A stretch of DNA of 64,000 bases from an uncultured delta proteobacterium (GCA_963765675.1 CAVXXK010000001.1:2368001-2432000), one strand, 5' to 3'; counted from the first letter of the stretch, positions 49,195 to 59,106 are shown. A program made the numbers and translations. The notes: a model not told the origin generated them from the sequence alone.

Positions 49195-49786
49195 TCTCTC
49201 CGATCCAGCGGTTTTGAAACTGACCCACCAGATTCTGGCGCGTCCGGAATTCGTCGACGCGACCAGTCCGAAATGGATGACAGATTGGGAGCAAAGGATC
49301 GCGCAATGGATCGCGAGACTCGAGATTCTGCGCGACGGGAACCCGATTCTATATTGGACGATTTTCGGTTGCGTGTTTGCGATCGCGATCGTGCTATTCG
49401 CGCACATCATTTGGACGATCTGGATTGCGACGCACACGCTGGCGCCGCCTGAGAGCCGGATCACGCGAGCCGCTGCGCCCGATCTTGCCGCCGACGCTGC
49501 CCGCCTGGCCGCGGATGGATATTACCTCGAAGCGGCGCATCGCTTGATGCTCGCGAGTTTTCGCACGCTCGGAGAGCGCGAGGTGATCGAGCTCAGGCCC
49601 GATCGATCGAACCGCTGGATTCGCGCCGCGCTGCACAAATCGGCGCTCGGCGCGGAGCTTGCCGCCGACCTCGATCGCCTGGTCGAACGCACCGAGCGGC
49701 GATGGTTCAGCGATCGCGAAAACGATCCGGCGATTTATGCGCAGTGGCGCACGGCCTTCGAGCGGCTGTCGTCGGCGGCGAGGTGA
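49187..49786 (+). CDS. DUF4129-like membrane protein
   Basis: ILARPEF, one TM, AADGYYLEAAH, SNRW, ERRWF; overlaps neighbours. Confidence 0.75.
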   Translation: MPDLSDPAVLKLTHQILARPEFVDATSPKWMTDWEQRIAQWIARLEILRDGNPILYWTIFGCVFAIAIVLFAHIIWTIWIATHTLAPPESRITRAAAPDLAADAARLAADGYYLEAAHRLMLASFRTLGEREVIELRPDRSNRWIRAALHKSALGAELAADLDRLVERTERRWFSDRENDPAIYAQWRTAFERLSSAAR

Positions 49787-50916
49787 CCGTGTCACGCGCC
49801 GGAATTGTCGCTTCAGTCATCCTGCTCGCGCTGCTGCTCGCTGTAGATTTGTGGCTTGCACCGAACCTCGCGTTGGATCGATCGCCGACCAGCTTTGGAG
49901 TTGCGAGCGCCGGATATAAGGCCGCCTTCGAACTTCTTTCGGAGCTGGGTTTTGCGCCGGACCGCTCGTATGAGCCTCCGGCCGCGAGTACCGATCGTGA
50001 GCTATCGAAGCGCGCCCGATGGTTCGTCTCGCCGGGGTTTCTGGCGCCGGACAAAACCGCGGCCGTCGCCGAGGCGAGCGATGTGTTGCGCTGGATCCGC
50101 GATGGAGGCACCGCGGTGGTTTTCGGGGCGCCGGACAGCGACTGGATTCGTCTTGGCTTGAACCGCGGGACCTCGGCGGGCGGCGCCGAGAGCGTCATTT
50201 CCGGCGCGATCGCCCGCGGCGCGCGCAAGCTGCCGATCGCGGATCTACTGCGCTTCAAACCTGCCGCGAAGTCCGGCGATGACCACGCGCGCGTGCTGCT
50301 GAGTGCCAACGGCGCGCCATTCGCACTCGAGCTGAAACTTGGTTCCGGCCGGCTGATCGCGATCGCCGACAATGTTTTCTTGCGCAACGCCGATCTTGGG
50401 ATGGGCGATGCCGGCGCGATCGTAGTGGACCTTGCAGTTGCTTTCGGGCCGCCGAGTTTTGACGAATGGTCACACGGGTTCGCGCCGCCCGGATCTATAG
50501 TTACGATGCTGCTCGGCTCGCGCGCGCTGCTTCCCCTGTTCATCGCGCTCGTGGCCGCGATAGCATGGATACTCGAGCAGCACTCGTGGCCCCGGCGCGA
50601 GCTCGACGAAGGCGGCGCTCAGGCGGCGCCTTCGGTCGCGTCGTTTATCGATTCCCTTGGCGTGCTTTACTCACGGGCGGGCGATCCGGTAGCGGCTCTG
50701 CGCGCGTATCGATCGGGATTTATCCGACGGATGCGCCGGCAGATTTTCCCCGGCGCGGAGCTTAGCGAGCAGGCGGTGCTCGAGCGTCTGGCGCGCGACC
50801 GCGCGTTGCCTGCCGAAACCCGGCGATGGTTAATCGACGGAGCCGCGCCCGCAAACCAGGCGGAATTGGTTTCCGCGGTCCGCGCAATCGAGTCCTATCG
50901 GAGAGCCGGCGCATGA
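49783..50916 (+). CDS. DUF4350-like membrane protein
   Basis: N-terminal TM, WIRDGG, GSGRLIAIAD, FDEWSHG, LYSRA. Confidence 0.75.
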   Translation: MTVSRAGIVASVILLALLLAVDLWLAPNLALDRSPTSFGVASAGYKAAFELLSELGFAPDRSYEPPAASTDRELSKRARWFVSPGFLAPDKTAAVAEASDVLRWIRDGGTAVVFGAPDSDWIRLGLNRGTSAGGAESVISGAIARGARKLPIADLLRFKPAAKSGDDHARVLLSANGAPFALELKLGSGRLIAIADNVFLRNADLGMGDAGAIVVDLAVAFGPPSFDEWSHGFAPPGSIVTMLLGSRALLPLFIALVAAIAWILEQHSWPRRELDEGGAQAAPSVASFIDSLGVLYSRAGDPVAALRAYRSGFIRRMRRQIFPGAELSEQAVLERLARDRALPAETRRWLIDGAAPANQAELVSAVRAIESYRRAGA

Positions 50917-51878
50917 GCGACGCGGAAAATTCAAACGACGCCGGATGGGTCGCGGCGAAATTCGCAGCGCTGCGCTCCGCGATCGCGACAGTCATAATCG
51001 GCCAGGATGAAGCCGTCCGGCTGTCATTCGTGACTCTTTTGTGCTCGGGCCACAGCCTCTACGAAGGGGTTCCTGGCGTCGCGAAGACTTTGCTGGTGCG
51101 CACGCTCGCGGCAAGTCTGGGAGTGCGTTTTGGCCGCATCCAATGCACCCCGGACCTGATGCCGAGCGACATTATCGGCACGCCGATTCTGCAAATCGAT
51201 CGAGCCGATTTTCGTTTTCGTCCGGGACCGCTGTTCACCGACCTGTTGCTCGTCGATGAGATCAATCGCGCGCCCGCCAAGACCCAGGCCGCGATGCTCG
51301 AAGCGATGCAGGAGCGCGCGGCGACGGTCGATGGCGCCAGCCATCCGCTCGGCGAATGGTTCACCGTGCTTGCCACCCAGAATCCGATCGAGCAGGAGGG
51401 TACTTATCCGCTGCCCGAGGCGGAGCTCGATCGATTCCTGTTCAAGATCCGGATGGACTATCCGGACGCCGATGAAGAGTTTCGCATCCTGAGTACCCAT
51501 CACGCGCAGCTGTCGCCGCTCGCGGGCGCTAGCGTGATACTCACGCCGCCAGACGTATCCCGCGCGCGTGCCATCGCCGATGCGGTTTTGGCGCGCGAGG
51601 AGATTTTGCGCTACGCCGTGGCCCTCGTCCGTGCGACCCGTGAGCATCCTGCGATCGCCGTCGGCGCTTCGCCCCGCGCCGCGCTGTGGATGCTGCGCGC
51701 GGCCAAAGCGATCGCGACTCTCGAAGGACGCGGATTCGTGCTGCCCGAAGACGTGCAGGCCGTCATCCATCCGACGCTGCGGCATCGTATCGTGCTCGAA
51801 GCGGGCGCCGAGGTCGAAGGCATGAATCCCGACGACGCCGTCGATGAAGTGGTGCGGAGCGTGCCGGTGCCGCACTGA
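50913..51878 (+). CDS. moxR: MoxR family AAA+ ATPase
   Basis: EGVPGVAKT, RIQCTPDLMPSD, DEINRA, ATQNPIEQEGTYPLPEAELDRF, GASPR. Confidence 0.95.
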   Translation: MSDAENSNDAGWVAAKFAALRSAIATVIIGQDEAVRLSFVTLLCSGHSLYEGVPGVAKTLLVRTLAASLGVRFGRIQCTPDLMPSDIIGTPILQIDRADFRFRPGPLFTDLLLVDEINRAPAKTQAAMLEAMQERAATVDGASHPLGEWFTVLATQNPIEQEGTYPLPEAELDRFLFKIRMDYPDADEEFRILSTHHAQLSPLAGASVILTPPDVSRARAIADAVLAREEILRYAVALVRATREHPAIAVGASPRAALWMLRAAKAIATLEGRGFVLPEDVQAVIHPTLRHRIVLEAGAEVEGMNPDDAVDEVVRSVPVPH

Positions 51879-53230
51879 TGGATGCGACGCCTGAGCTTCT
51901 AATCGAGGCCGCAATCGCGACTCGCGCCGCGCCGCGAGTAGTAAAGCTGGCCGCGCTCGCGGCGCTGATCGCTCTGGCTGCGGTGCCGTTTCCGATCCTG
52001 CTCGGTCCCGCAATAGTAATCTTTGGCGCGCTCGCTGCGCTGACCATCGTCGACTGGATGACGAGTCGCCGCGATCCCGCGCCGAGCCTGGTGCGCGTTC
52101 TGCCAGAGCGGATGGTCAAAGGTCGGGGCGTATCGATCCTGTACCGAATCTCGCGGGTCGGCGCGTCCGCGACGGTCTCGATCCTCGACGAATTGCCGGC
52201 CGATCTCGGCGGTGACCTGATGATCGAGCCACTGGCGGTCGCCGACGGTGAGAGTATCGAGGTTTCACGCGAAATCGTCCCGCGCCGGCGCGGTATCCGC
52301 GCGCTTGGTCCGGTCTATCTGCTGTGGAGCTCGAGGATGGGACTCCTGCGGTTTCGGCTCCGGATCGCGCAAGCCAGTACAGTCGCGATTTTGCCGCCCT
52401 CGACTGCGGTGCCGAATCGCGGAGCGCTAAGCCAGCGCTCGCTGCGCGACGAGTTGGGTCTGCGGCCCCGGCGCGCACGCGGAGAAGGCAGCGAATTCGA
52501 ATCGATGCGCGAATATACGGACGGCGACGATCCGCGTCACGTCGATTGGCACGCAACCGCGCGCCGTAGCCGGCTGATCGTCCGTCAATATCAGACCGAA
52601 CGCCGCCATACCGTAATTATCGCAGTCGATACCGGGCGCCTGATGGCGGCGCGCGTGGACGACAGCTCGAAGCTCGACCACGCGCTCGACTGCGCGGTGG
52701 CGCTCGCGCGCGCCTCGAACGAGTTTGGAGATCGAGTCGGCCTGCTCGCGTTCGATCGCGAGCTGCGCCTGATGGTCCGGCCGAAGTCGGGACGCGGCGC
52801 GACGGCCGGAATTGCCGCGGCGACCCTCAAGCTCGAGGCGGCGCCGTTTGAGCCGAACTATCGCGTGCTCGCGGAAAATCTGGCGCGCTTCCAGAAAAAG
52901 CGCGCGCTGGTGGTGGTGCTGACGGATTTCGTCGAAGGCAGCGCCTCGCGCGAGCTCGAAGCGTACCTTTCTGTCGTCGCGCGGCGCCACGTGGTGCTGC
53001 TGGTGGCGCTGCGCGATCGATTGCTCGCCGAAGTCGACCGCCGCGATCCCGAGATCACGCGTGCGCGGCTCTACCGCAAGCTGGCGCTGCAGGATCTGGT
53101 GGACGAACGAGAAGCCGTTATCGGCCGAATCGCGCGGTTCGGCGCTCAGACGCTCGACCTCGACCCGGCGCGCATTAATGCGCCGGTCTTGAATCGCTAC
53201 CTGGCGGTGCGCCAGGCGGGCCTCCTCTGA
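51878..53230 (+). CDS. DUF58 domain protein
   Basis: GSEFESMREYTDGDD.RHVDWHATAR, DTGRLM, LTDF. Confidence 0.9.
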   Translation: MDATPELLIEAAIATRAAPRVVKLAALAALIALAAVPFPILLGPAIVIFGALAALTIVDWMTSRRDPAPSLVRVLPERMVKGRGVSILYRISRVGASATVSILDELPADLGGDLMIEPLAVADGESIEVSREIVPRRRGIRALGPVYLLWSSRMGLLRFRLRIAQASTVAILPPSTAVPNRGALSQRSLRDELGLRPRRARGEGSEFESMREYTDGDDPRHVDWHATARRSRLIVRQYQTERRHTVIIAVDTGRLMAARVDDSSKLDHALDCAVALARASNEFGDRVGLLAFDRELRLMVRPKSGRGATAGIAAATLKLEAAPFEPNYRVLAENLARFQKKRALVVVLTDFVEGSASRELEAYLSVVARRHVVLLVALRDRLLAEVDRRDPEITRARLYRKLALQDLVDEREAVIGRIARFGAQTLDLDPARINAPVLNRYLAVRQAGLL

Positions 53231-54230
53231 CCAGCCACTCGAGATCGATTCCGGGCCGCCTCCATTTTAGCCGCAACACGTAAGCGACGTACGCCACGAT
53301 CGCACCGAGCGCCGCGGCCGCGCAGGCATAGCGCACGCCGGTCGAGAGATTCGACTGGCGCAGAAAGCTTTCGATTGCCGCCGCGAGTATCAGCAGCGGA
53401 ATCGCCGCCGCGAGCATCTGCAGTGCAGGGCGCGCGGCCTCGCGCAGCGCCGCGCCGGTGCCGGCCCGTCCGGGAGCGACGACCGCTTTCGCGATCACCA
53501 AACCTCCGGAAGCGCACAGGATCGTCGCCAACAACTCGGGTATCGCATGCGGCAGGAGCCACGCCCAGAATAACAATCGGGTATCGCTGTGCGAGAAGAT
53601 CGAGGCGAACGCGCCCAGCGTCAAGCCGTTGTAGAAGACTAGGAGAAGCGTCGGGACTCCCGCTAGAATGCCGGTCGCGAACGCCATTATCCCGACCTCG
53701 GTATTGTGGACAAACAACCCCGCCGAAAAAATCGATTTGAGTCCGAGCGTCAGGCTCTGATGACCAAGAAATTGCATCCGTACCGCGTGCGAGCTGGCAA
53801 GCTGCTGAAGCTCGTCGGCGGGATACATCCAGCCGGGGATGCATACGTAGAGTGCGGCGGGATTGCGCGCGACCATCGCCGCGCCGACGATTGCGCCGGC
53901 GACAAGAAGGGTGGCCGTCAGCATTTGCAGCCGCGCGGTCGCGGCCAGAGTCGCCGGAAAATCGGTGACAAAGAATCTTGCCGGCCCGCGCGGATGCGGC
54001 GGCGAAGTCTGCAAGTGCGTGAACGCGCGAACGCACAGCGCGTTCAGGTAGCGGACCGCCTCTGGATCGGCGTCGCGCGATCGCAGGATCGCGAGGCGCG
54101 CCGAGCTCAGCCGGTACAGATGTGCGAGCTCGCGAATTTCGTCGAAGGACGCGCGCTTGCCCGGACGCTCGATGCTGTCGAGGATCGCTTCCATCCGGTC
54201 CCGCGCTTGGCGGTCGCGCGCGGTGTTCAC
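53175..54230 (-). CDS. Stage II sporulation protein M (DUF95) family membrane protein
   Basis: LYR...LA, YLNAL, FVHN, NGLTLG, LPHAIPEL, AAIESF. Confidence 0.88.
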   Translation of the reverse strand: MNTARDRQARDRMEAILDSIERPGKRASFDEIRELAHLYRLSSARLAILRSRDADPEAVRYLNALCVRAFTHLQTSPPHPRGPARFFVTDFPATLAATARLQMLTATLLVAGAIVGAAMVARNPAALYVCIPGWMYPADELQQLASSHAVRMQFLGHQSLTLGLKSIFSAGLFVHNTEVGIMAFATGILAGVPTLLLVFYNGLTLGAFASIFSHSDTRLLFWAWLLPHAIPELLATILCASGGLVIAKAVVAPGRAGTGAALREAARPALQMLAAAIPLLILAAAIESFLRQSNLSTGVRYACAAAALGAIVAYVAYVLRLKWRRPGIDLEWLVRGGPPGAPPGSDSRPAH

Positions 54231-54241
54231 GGACGCCTCCG

Positions 54242-55126
54242 ATGACTACCAGTCCCGAAGCGTCGGATACTCCCGTTCATGGACTGTTCTCGCCCGAGGG
54301 AGTGCGTCTGGATTTGCCGATTGCGGGACCGGGACTCAGAATTCTCGCCTATGCAATCGATCTCGGTCTGATACTTTTTTTGCTCGCCGCGTTGCTGATT
54401 GCGTTGATCGTAATTCTGCCCGCGGGAAACCTTATCGACCATTTTTTTCACACTTTCTTTCATCAGGTCACGCGTGCGGCGCGCGAGGCCGCGCGCAACG
54501 CCAACGCGGCGCGGCCGAGCCCCGCGTCCTTTGGACTGGTCGAAGGACTGATCATTGCGGTCTTTCTGCTCGCCCATTTCGCAGTCGAGTTCGGATATTT
54601 CATCGTTTGGGAGATGCTGGCAAACGGCCGCTCGCTCGGGAAATACATTATCGGCCTGCGCGTCGTCCGGCGCGACGGGATGCCGATCGATTTGCGCGCC
54701 TCGATCGTGCGCAACCTGATGCGGATCGTGGACATGCTGCCCGAGTATTACGTGGTCGGGCTGATTTCGATGGTGTTGTCGCCGAGCGGTGAGCGGCTGG
54801 GCGATCATGTCGCCGGGACTATCGTGATTCGCTTGGACCGTCCGCAGGAGGCGCCCGAAATCGCGCTGCGTGACGGTGTGCCCGGACCGGCACTGACCCG
54901 GCAGCAAATCGCGCGAATCGGGCCGCGCGAGCTCCAGCTCATCCGCGCGACCATCCGCCGCGCCCATTCTCTGCCCGAGGAGCGCAGCGCCGCGATTCTC
55001 GCCGAGGTTGCCGAGACGATGCGCGCGCGACTGGATCTCGCCGAGGTTCCATCGGACGATCGGATTGGATTCTTACGCGATCTGCTGGCCGCAGCGGAGC
55101 GCTACTCGCGCGGCGATTTATCCTGA
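54242..55126 (+). CDS. RDD family protein
   Basis: SPEGV, RILAYAID, GRSLGK..GLRVV, RNLMRIVD, RLGDHVAGT. Confidence 0.9.
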   Translation: MTTSPEASDTPVHGLFSPEGVRLDLPIAGPGLRILAYAIDLGLILFLLAALLIALIVILPAGNLIDHFFHTFFHQVTRAAREAARNANAARPSPASFGLVEGLIIAVFLLAHFAVEFGYFIVWEMLANGRSLGKYIIGLRVVRRDGMPIDLRASIVRNLMRIVDMLPEYYVVGLISMVLSPSGERLGDHVAGTIVIRLDRPQEAPEIALRDGVPGPALTRQQIARIGPRELQLIRATIRRAHSLPEERSAAILAEVAETMRARLDLAEVPSDDRIGFLRDLLAAAERYSRGDLS

Positions 55127-55133
55127 GCGTCGC

Positions 55134-55778
55134 CTATGGCGAGGCGCCTTTGCTCGCGTTGATCTTCGTGAGCAGCACGTGATTGCGCTGGACCTCGGCG
55201 TCGATCGCCGCGACCTGCTGCGCGTCCATCGGATGCAGCGTGCCGTGGTAGTTCACTTGTGTGAACCCGTCGCCCTGCCAGTACGCATATCCTTTGACCT
55301 CGACGTCGAGCGACTTTTCACTGGTTAGCTTGAGGGTGGCGACTTCAACCTCGCGGCACTGTGGCTTGCACGTGCTGCAGAGCGAATCGAGCTGAAAGCG
55401 GACCTGCGACGGATCGAGCAGCTTGACGCTCGACTTGACCACCGGCCACGCGGCGTCGCCGTAAACCTCGGTGCGCAGATAAATCGTGCCGTTCATCACG
55501 CCGAAATAGTAGCTCGCCGGCATCACGGGTTCTCCGACCAGTTTGGTCTGCGATGGATCGACGCTTACATGTCCGCCCCAGGTCCCGACGAAGTTCTGGT
55601 TCGCTTCCGGCAGCAGGAAGGTAGGCGCGGACGAGTCTCCGGTATGCAGCACATGAGCCTTAATCGAAGGCATCGCCTCGGTCATCTGCGGCGCGGATGA
55701 CGATGTTCCGCGTGTGCATGCAGCGGCGAATAGAAAGGTGACGGCGATCGCGGTGGCGAGCAGGTGTTTGGCGTTCAT
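55134..55778 (-). CDS. Hypothetical lipoprotein (paralog of 6912..7669)
   Basis: Lipobox-like FAAAC; LPEA..F.G.WGGH, CSTC and GTLHP. Confidence 0.75.
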   Translation of the reverse strand: MNAKHLLATAIAVTFLFAAACTRGTSSSAPQMTEAMPSIKAHVLHTGDSSAPTFLLPEANQNFVGTWGGHVSVDPSQTKLVGEPVMPASYYFGVMNGTIYLRTEVYGDAAWPVVKSSVKLLDPSQVRFQLDSLCSTCKPQCREVEVATLKLTSEKSLDVEVKGYAYWQGDGFTQVNYHGTLHPMDAQQVAAIDAEVQRNHVLLTKINASKGASP

Positions 55779-55854
55779 CGCGAAGGTTCTCCGGCGCCGC
55801 GGGCTGACGACGGCCGCGGGGGCATATGCGACCCCGCGGCCGCAGCATCGGCAG

Positions 55855-56445
55855 CTATTGCCGGGCGCTCGGTCTGCGGCGGCGGGTGACACGCTCGGGC
55901 GGGGCAGCCGGTGCTCCGTCCTGATCGCCTGGCTCGAGGGTCCTCGGCTCGGACTGATACGCGTCGAACAGCGCGGGCACTGAAATCGAATTCGAACCGC
56001 GCGTCATTCGCGAGCGCGTCGAGCCCTCGAGTGCCTGCTGGCAATCGACGCACCGTGCAGCCATCGGCACCGCCCGCAAGCGCTCGAACGATATTTCATC
56101 TCCACATTCCGAGCAAATTCCGAATTCGCCTTGCTCGAGCCGCGCCAGAGCGCTCATTGCGTCGCGCAGGCGGGACTCGGCGAGATCGATCAGGCTGATA
56201 TGCAGGTCGAGGTCTTCCTGGCTGCGCGCATTATCCAAATCGTCGGGCAACGCAAGCGTGTCGTGACGCGTCTCAGTGCGCGCCAACTCGTCGAGCCGCG
56301 CAAGCTCCTGATCGCGCATTTGAATCAGCATCGCTTGCAGCGCGTCGCGCCGCGATATTCGCGAGACATTACGGCCCGCAGCCTCGTGGCGCGTTCCGGA
56401 GCTGAAAACCTCGGAAGAGGCTTTTGATTGTTTGTGCATCGTCAT
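55855..56445 (-). CDS. TraR/DksA C4-type zinc finger protein
   Basis: DxxDxA tip (DDLDNA), FGICSECG.EI...RL...P.A.RCVDCQ; SD AAGGA before ATG 56445. Confidence 0.88.
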   Translation of the reverse strand: MTMHKQSKASSEVFSSGTRHEAAGRNVSRISRRDALQAMLIQMRDQELARLDELARTETRHDTLALPDDLDNARSQEDLDLHISLIDLAESRLRDAMSALARLEQGEFGICSECGDEISFERLRAVPMAARCVDCQQALEGSTRSRMTRGSNSISVPALFDAYQSEPRTLEPGDQDGAPAAPPERVTRRRRPSARQ

Positions 56446-56564
56446 AGTCCTTCGACTCGATCGGTTCGAGTCAGACATCCAACAGGCGGTGGAAGCAGTA
56501 ACCGGCCGGCCGGGCGTCACAAGGACGCAGAGCAGACCCCGATGGAACGGAAATTAAGAGAGAA

Positions 56565-56924
56565 TTAGTGACCGGGATCTGAGGACGCGGGAGGCAACTT
56601 GCGTAAATACAGCCGCGATTGCTCCTGCCAAAGCGACGGGCTCAGTCCCGCACGCCCGCCGCCAAGAGCGGATCGAATCGGCGTCGAATTGAAGCTGATT
56701 TTCTGAAAGCCCGTCGCGCCCGGGGCAGCTCCCGGACCGCCGGTAGTTCCAACTTCCTTTACCGTATGCCTGTAGCTGCACCAGTGCGAAGTGACGGCCG
56801 CCGGATACCGCTTGAGCGCGATCGAACCCAATGGCTGCAGAAGCTGAACAAACGTCAGCACTGCGAAGCTCGAGGCGATAAGCAGCGCGGTATTCTGCCA
56901 GCGTTTGGTTCGGTAAAGGCTCAT
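56565..56924 (-). CDS. Small hypothetical protein with N-terminal TM/signal
   Basis: Basic N-terminus plus hydrophobic helix, low-complexity linker, C-terminus RLYLRKLPPASSDPGH. Confidence 0.5.
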   Translation of the reverse strand: MSLYRTKRWQNTALLIASSFAVLTFVQLLQPLGSIALKRYPAAVTSHWCSYRHTVKEVGTTGGPGAAPGATGFQKISFNSTPIRSALGGGRAGLSPSLWQEQSRLYLRKLPPASSDPGH

Positions 56925-57053
56925 CCGATCCGATTAGACGCAGGAGGTGGTGAATTGTTTCAACCACGCCAGGCCGGATACGCCGGCGCGTCGCGACAGT
57001 TCGCGCCTCCTCTTGTTATCTAACGATAGAGGAGGAGACGAGGCCCGACCCGG

Positions 57054-58754
57054 TCAGTGCGCTGCCAGCGGTCCGCGCAACAACCGTCCGGGGAGGGCCC
57101 CGGTGGGTTCGTTATTGCGCAGCACGACCTCGCCATTGACGACGGTCGCGAGCATCCCGGCGGCCTTTTGCTTGAGGCGCCGGGCCCCGGCCGGAAGGTC
57201 GTGGTCCAGCTCCGGCATCATCGGGGTGACCGTGTCGGGGTTGAACACGATCACGTCTGCCGCCCATCCCTCGCGCAGCAATCCGCGTCCCGGAAGACCC
57301 CAATACGAGGCCGGGACAAAGGTCAGCATCCTGATCGCTTCCTCTAGCGTCAGGGCCTGCTTCTCGCGCACCCAGTAGCTCAGCACATGGCTCTGCAACG
57401 ACGAGTCCATGATTTGCGAGACATGCGCGCCCGAGTCCGAGAACGTAACCACGGATCGCGGATGCCGCATCATCTCGAGCACGTCGGATTGGTTTTCGTT
57501 CGCCAGCGGCTGCAGGAAGAACTGTCTCAGATGCTTTTCCAGCGCCAAGTCGATGATCACGTCAACCGGGTCCTTGCCCGACGCGCGCGCGATTTCCGCG
57601 ACCGAGCGATGCGGCGGATTCGGCTTGTCCATCACGAACATCCAGTCGAAATTCGCCCGGCGCGGCTCGGCGCCGACAGCGCGACCGCCGCTCGATTCGT
57701 TGACCGCCTTAACCAGCTGCTGCCGAATTTCAGGATTGCGCAGCGCCGCCTCCTGCTCCGCGAGCGGCAGCTTGCGAATGTCGCTCCAAACCGGCATCCG
57801 ATCAAACGGCATCGCGGTCTCAAACGACAGCACGACGTTCAGCGAGCGGCTATGCACCTGGATAAACATCCGGCCGCCGGCTTTCGCGGTTTCCTCAGCG
57901 GTCGCGAAATAGGGCCGCCAGAAATCCGGCGCGTTCCGACTACTGAACATCCCAAATGTGACGGGAACGCCGGTATCGACCGCGAGCGACTTGATTCGGC
58001 CGAGGTAATCGTTGACCCGCTCGGGATCGAAGCCGGTGTTCTCGCCGGCGATTTCGAAAATCCCCGCGTGCTCTTCGCCCATCACGCCGACCAACTGCCT
58101 GACCTCGTCCCAGGTAGCGATTCGGCTCGCGACCGGATGGCCGTCGGGGGTCTGATGGTTGCGCGTGCGCGAAGTTGTGAAGCCCATCGCGCCGGCGCGA
58201 ATTGCGGAGCGGACCTCGCGCTTCATCGCGTCAATATCTTCGGCGTTGGCCTCGCGCGAGAACGCGCGCTCGCCCATCACGTAGGTGCGCAACGCGGAAT
58301 GGCCGATATAGGCGGCGTAGTTGATTCCCTTGGGCGTGCGATCAACCGCGTCGAGGTACTCGGGAAAGCTCTCCCAGGTCCACTTGATTCCTGCCTCCAT
58401 CGCTTCGGGTGCGATATCCTCCGCGCGCTCGAGGTTGCGCATGACGAGCTGCTTTTCTTTCTCGCCGCATGGCGCCAGCGAGAAGCCGCAGTTGCCCATC
58501 ACGACCGAGGTGACGCCATGCCAGCACGAGCACGTGCCCATCGGATCCCAGAACACCTGCGCGTCCATATGCGTGTGCCCGTCGATTATTCCGGGCGTGA
58601 CCACGTGGCCCTCAGCGTCAATCTCCTGCCGGGCGCGTTCGCGGATTCTTCCGATCCCGGCGATACGCCCGCCGCTGATCGCCACGTCGGCGCGATACCG
58701 TGCCATCCCGGAGCCGTCGATTACGGTGCCGTTGCGAATAATCAGATCGTGCAT
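57054..58754 (-). CDS. N-acyl-D-amino-acid deacylase family amidohydrolase
   Basis: DLIIRNGTVIDGSG, PGIIDGHTHMD, GVTSVVMGNCG, SDSGAH; SD GGAGG. Confidence 0.92.
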   Translation of the reverse strand: MHDLIIRNGTVIDGSGMARYRADVAISGGRIAGIGRIRERARQEIDAEGHVVTPGIIDGHTHMDAQVFWDPMGTCSCWHGVTSVVMGNCGFSLAPCGEKEKQLVMRNLERAEDIAPEAMEAGIKWTWESFPEYLDAVDRTPKGINYAAYIGHSALRTYVMGERAFSREANAEDIDAMKREVRSAIRAGAMGFTTSRTRNHQTPDGHPVASRIATWDEVRQLVGVMGEEHAGIFEIAGENTGFDPERVNDYLGRIKSLAVDTGVPVTFGMFSSRNAPDFWRPYFATAEETAKAGGRMFIQVHSRSLNVVLSFETAMPFDRMPVWSDIRKLPLAEQEAALRNPEIRQQLVKAVNESSGGRAVGAEPRRANFDWMFVMDKPNPPHRSVAEIARASGKDPVDVIIDLALEKHLRQFFLQPLANENQSDVLEMMRHPRSVVTFSDSGAHVSQIMDSSLQSHVLSYWVREKQALTLEEAIRMLTFVPASYWGLPGRGLLREGWAADVIVFNPDTVTPMMPELDHDLPAGARRLKQKAAGMLATVVNGEVVLRNNEPTGALPGRLLRGPLAAH

Positions 58755-58938
58755 GATGCCTCCGTGGGCCGTCGGGCCTCGAGACGAATCGATCCGCCGG
58801 ACCATCCGGCGCCGGGAACGTGCTTCTAATCTTATTCCACGAATCACGATTCCGCGACAACCCTGAATCGGAGACGCGTCCTCGCTGAAATCAAGATTTC
58901 GTCAAGAACATGTTTATAATAATTGTGGATCGCGGGCC

Positions 58939-59056
58939 GTCATCCTGAGCGGAGGTTGCCGCAGTGAAGGATCTACGCGAAGCGATTAGTGCGGAAAACC
59001 CAAGCTGGTTGCACTAATCGCTTCGCGGAGATCCTTCGCCTGCGGCTCAGGATGAC
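58939..59056 (+). repeat. Palindrome family B, copy 2
   Basis: GTCATCCTGAGC...GAAGGATCTACGCGAAGCGATTAGTGC...GCACTAATCGCTTCGCGGAGATCCTTCGCCTGCGGCTCAGGATGAC. Confidence 0.9.
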
Positions 59057-59106
59057 AGCCGTTGGACGTTTGTGAGAACATCGACAGATTCTTGAGGCGA
59101 AAGAAT

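Noticed and set aside
8171-54230. spoVR, prkA and SpoIIM-like genes as evidence of sporulation
   Set aside because: These families are widespread in non-sporulating bacteria, and no sporulation-specific genes are present
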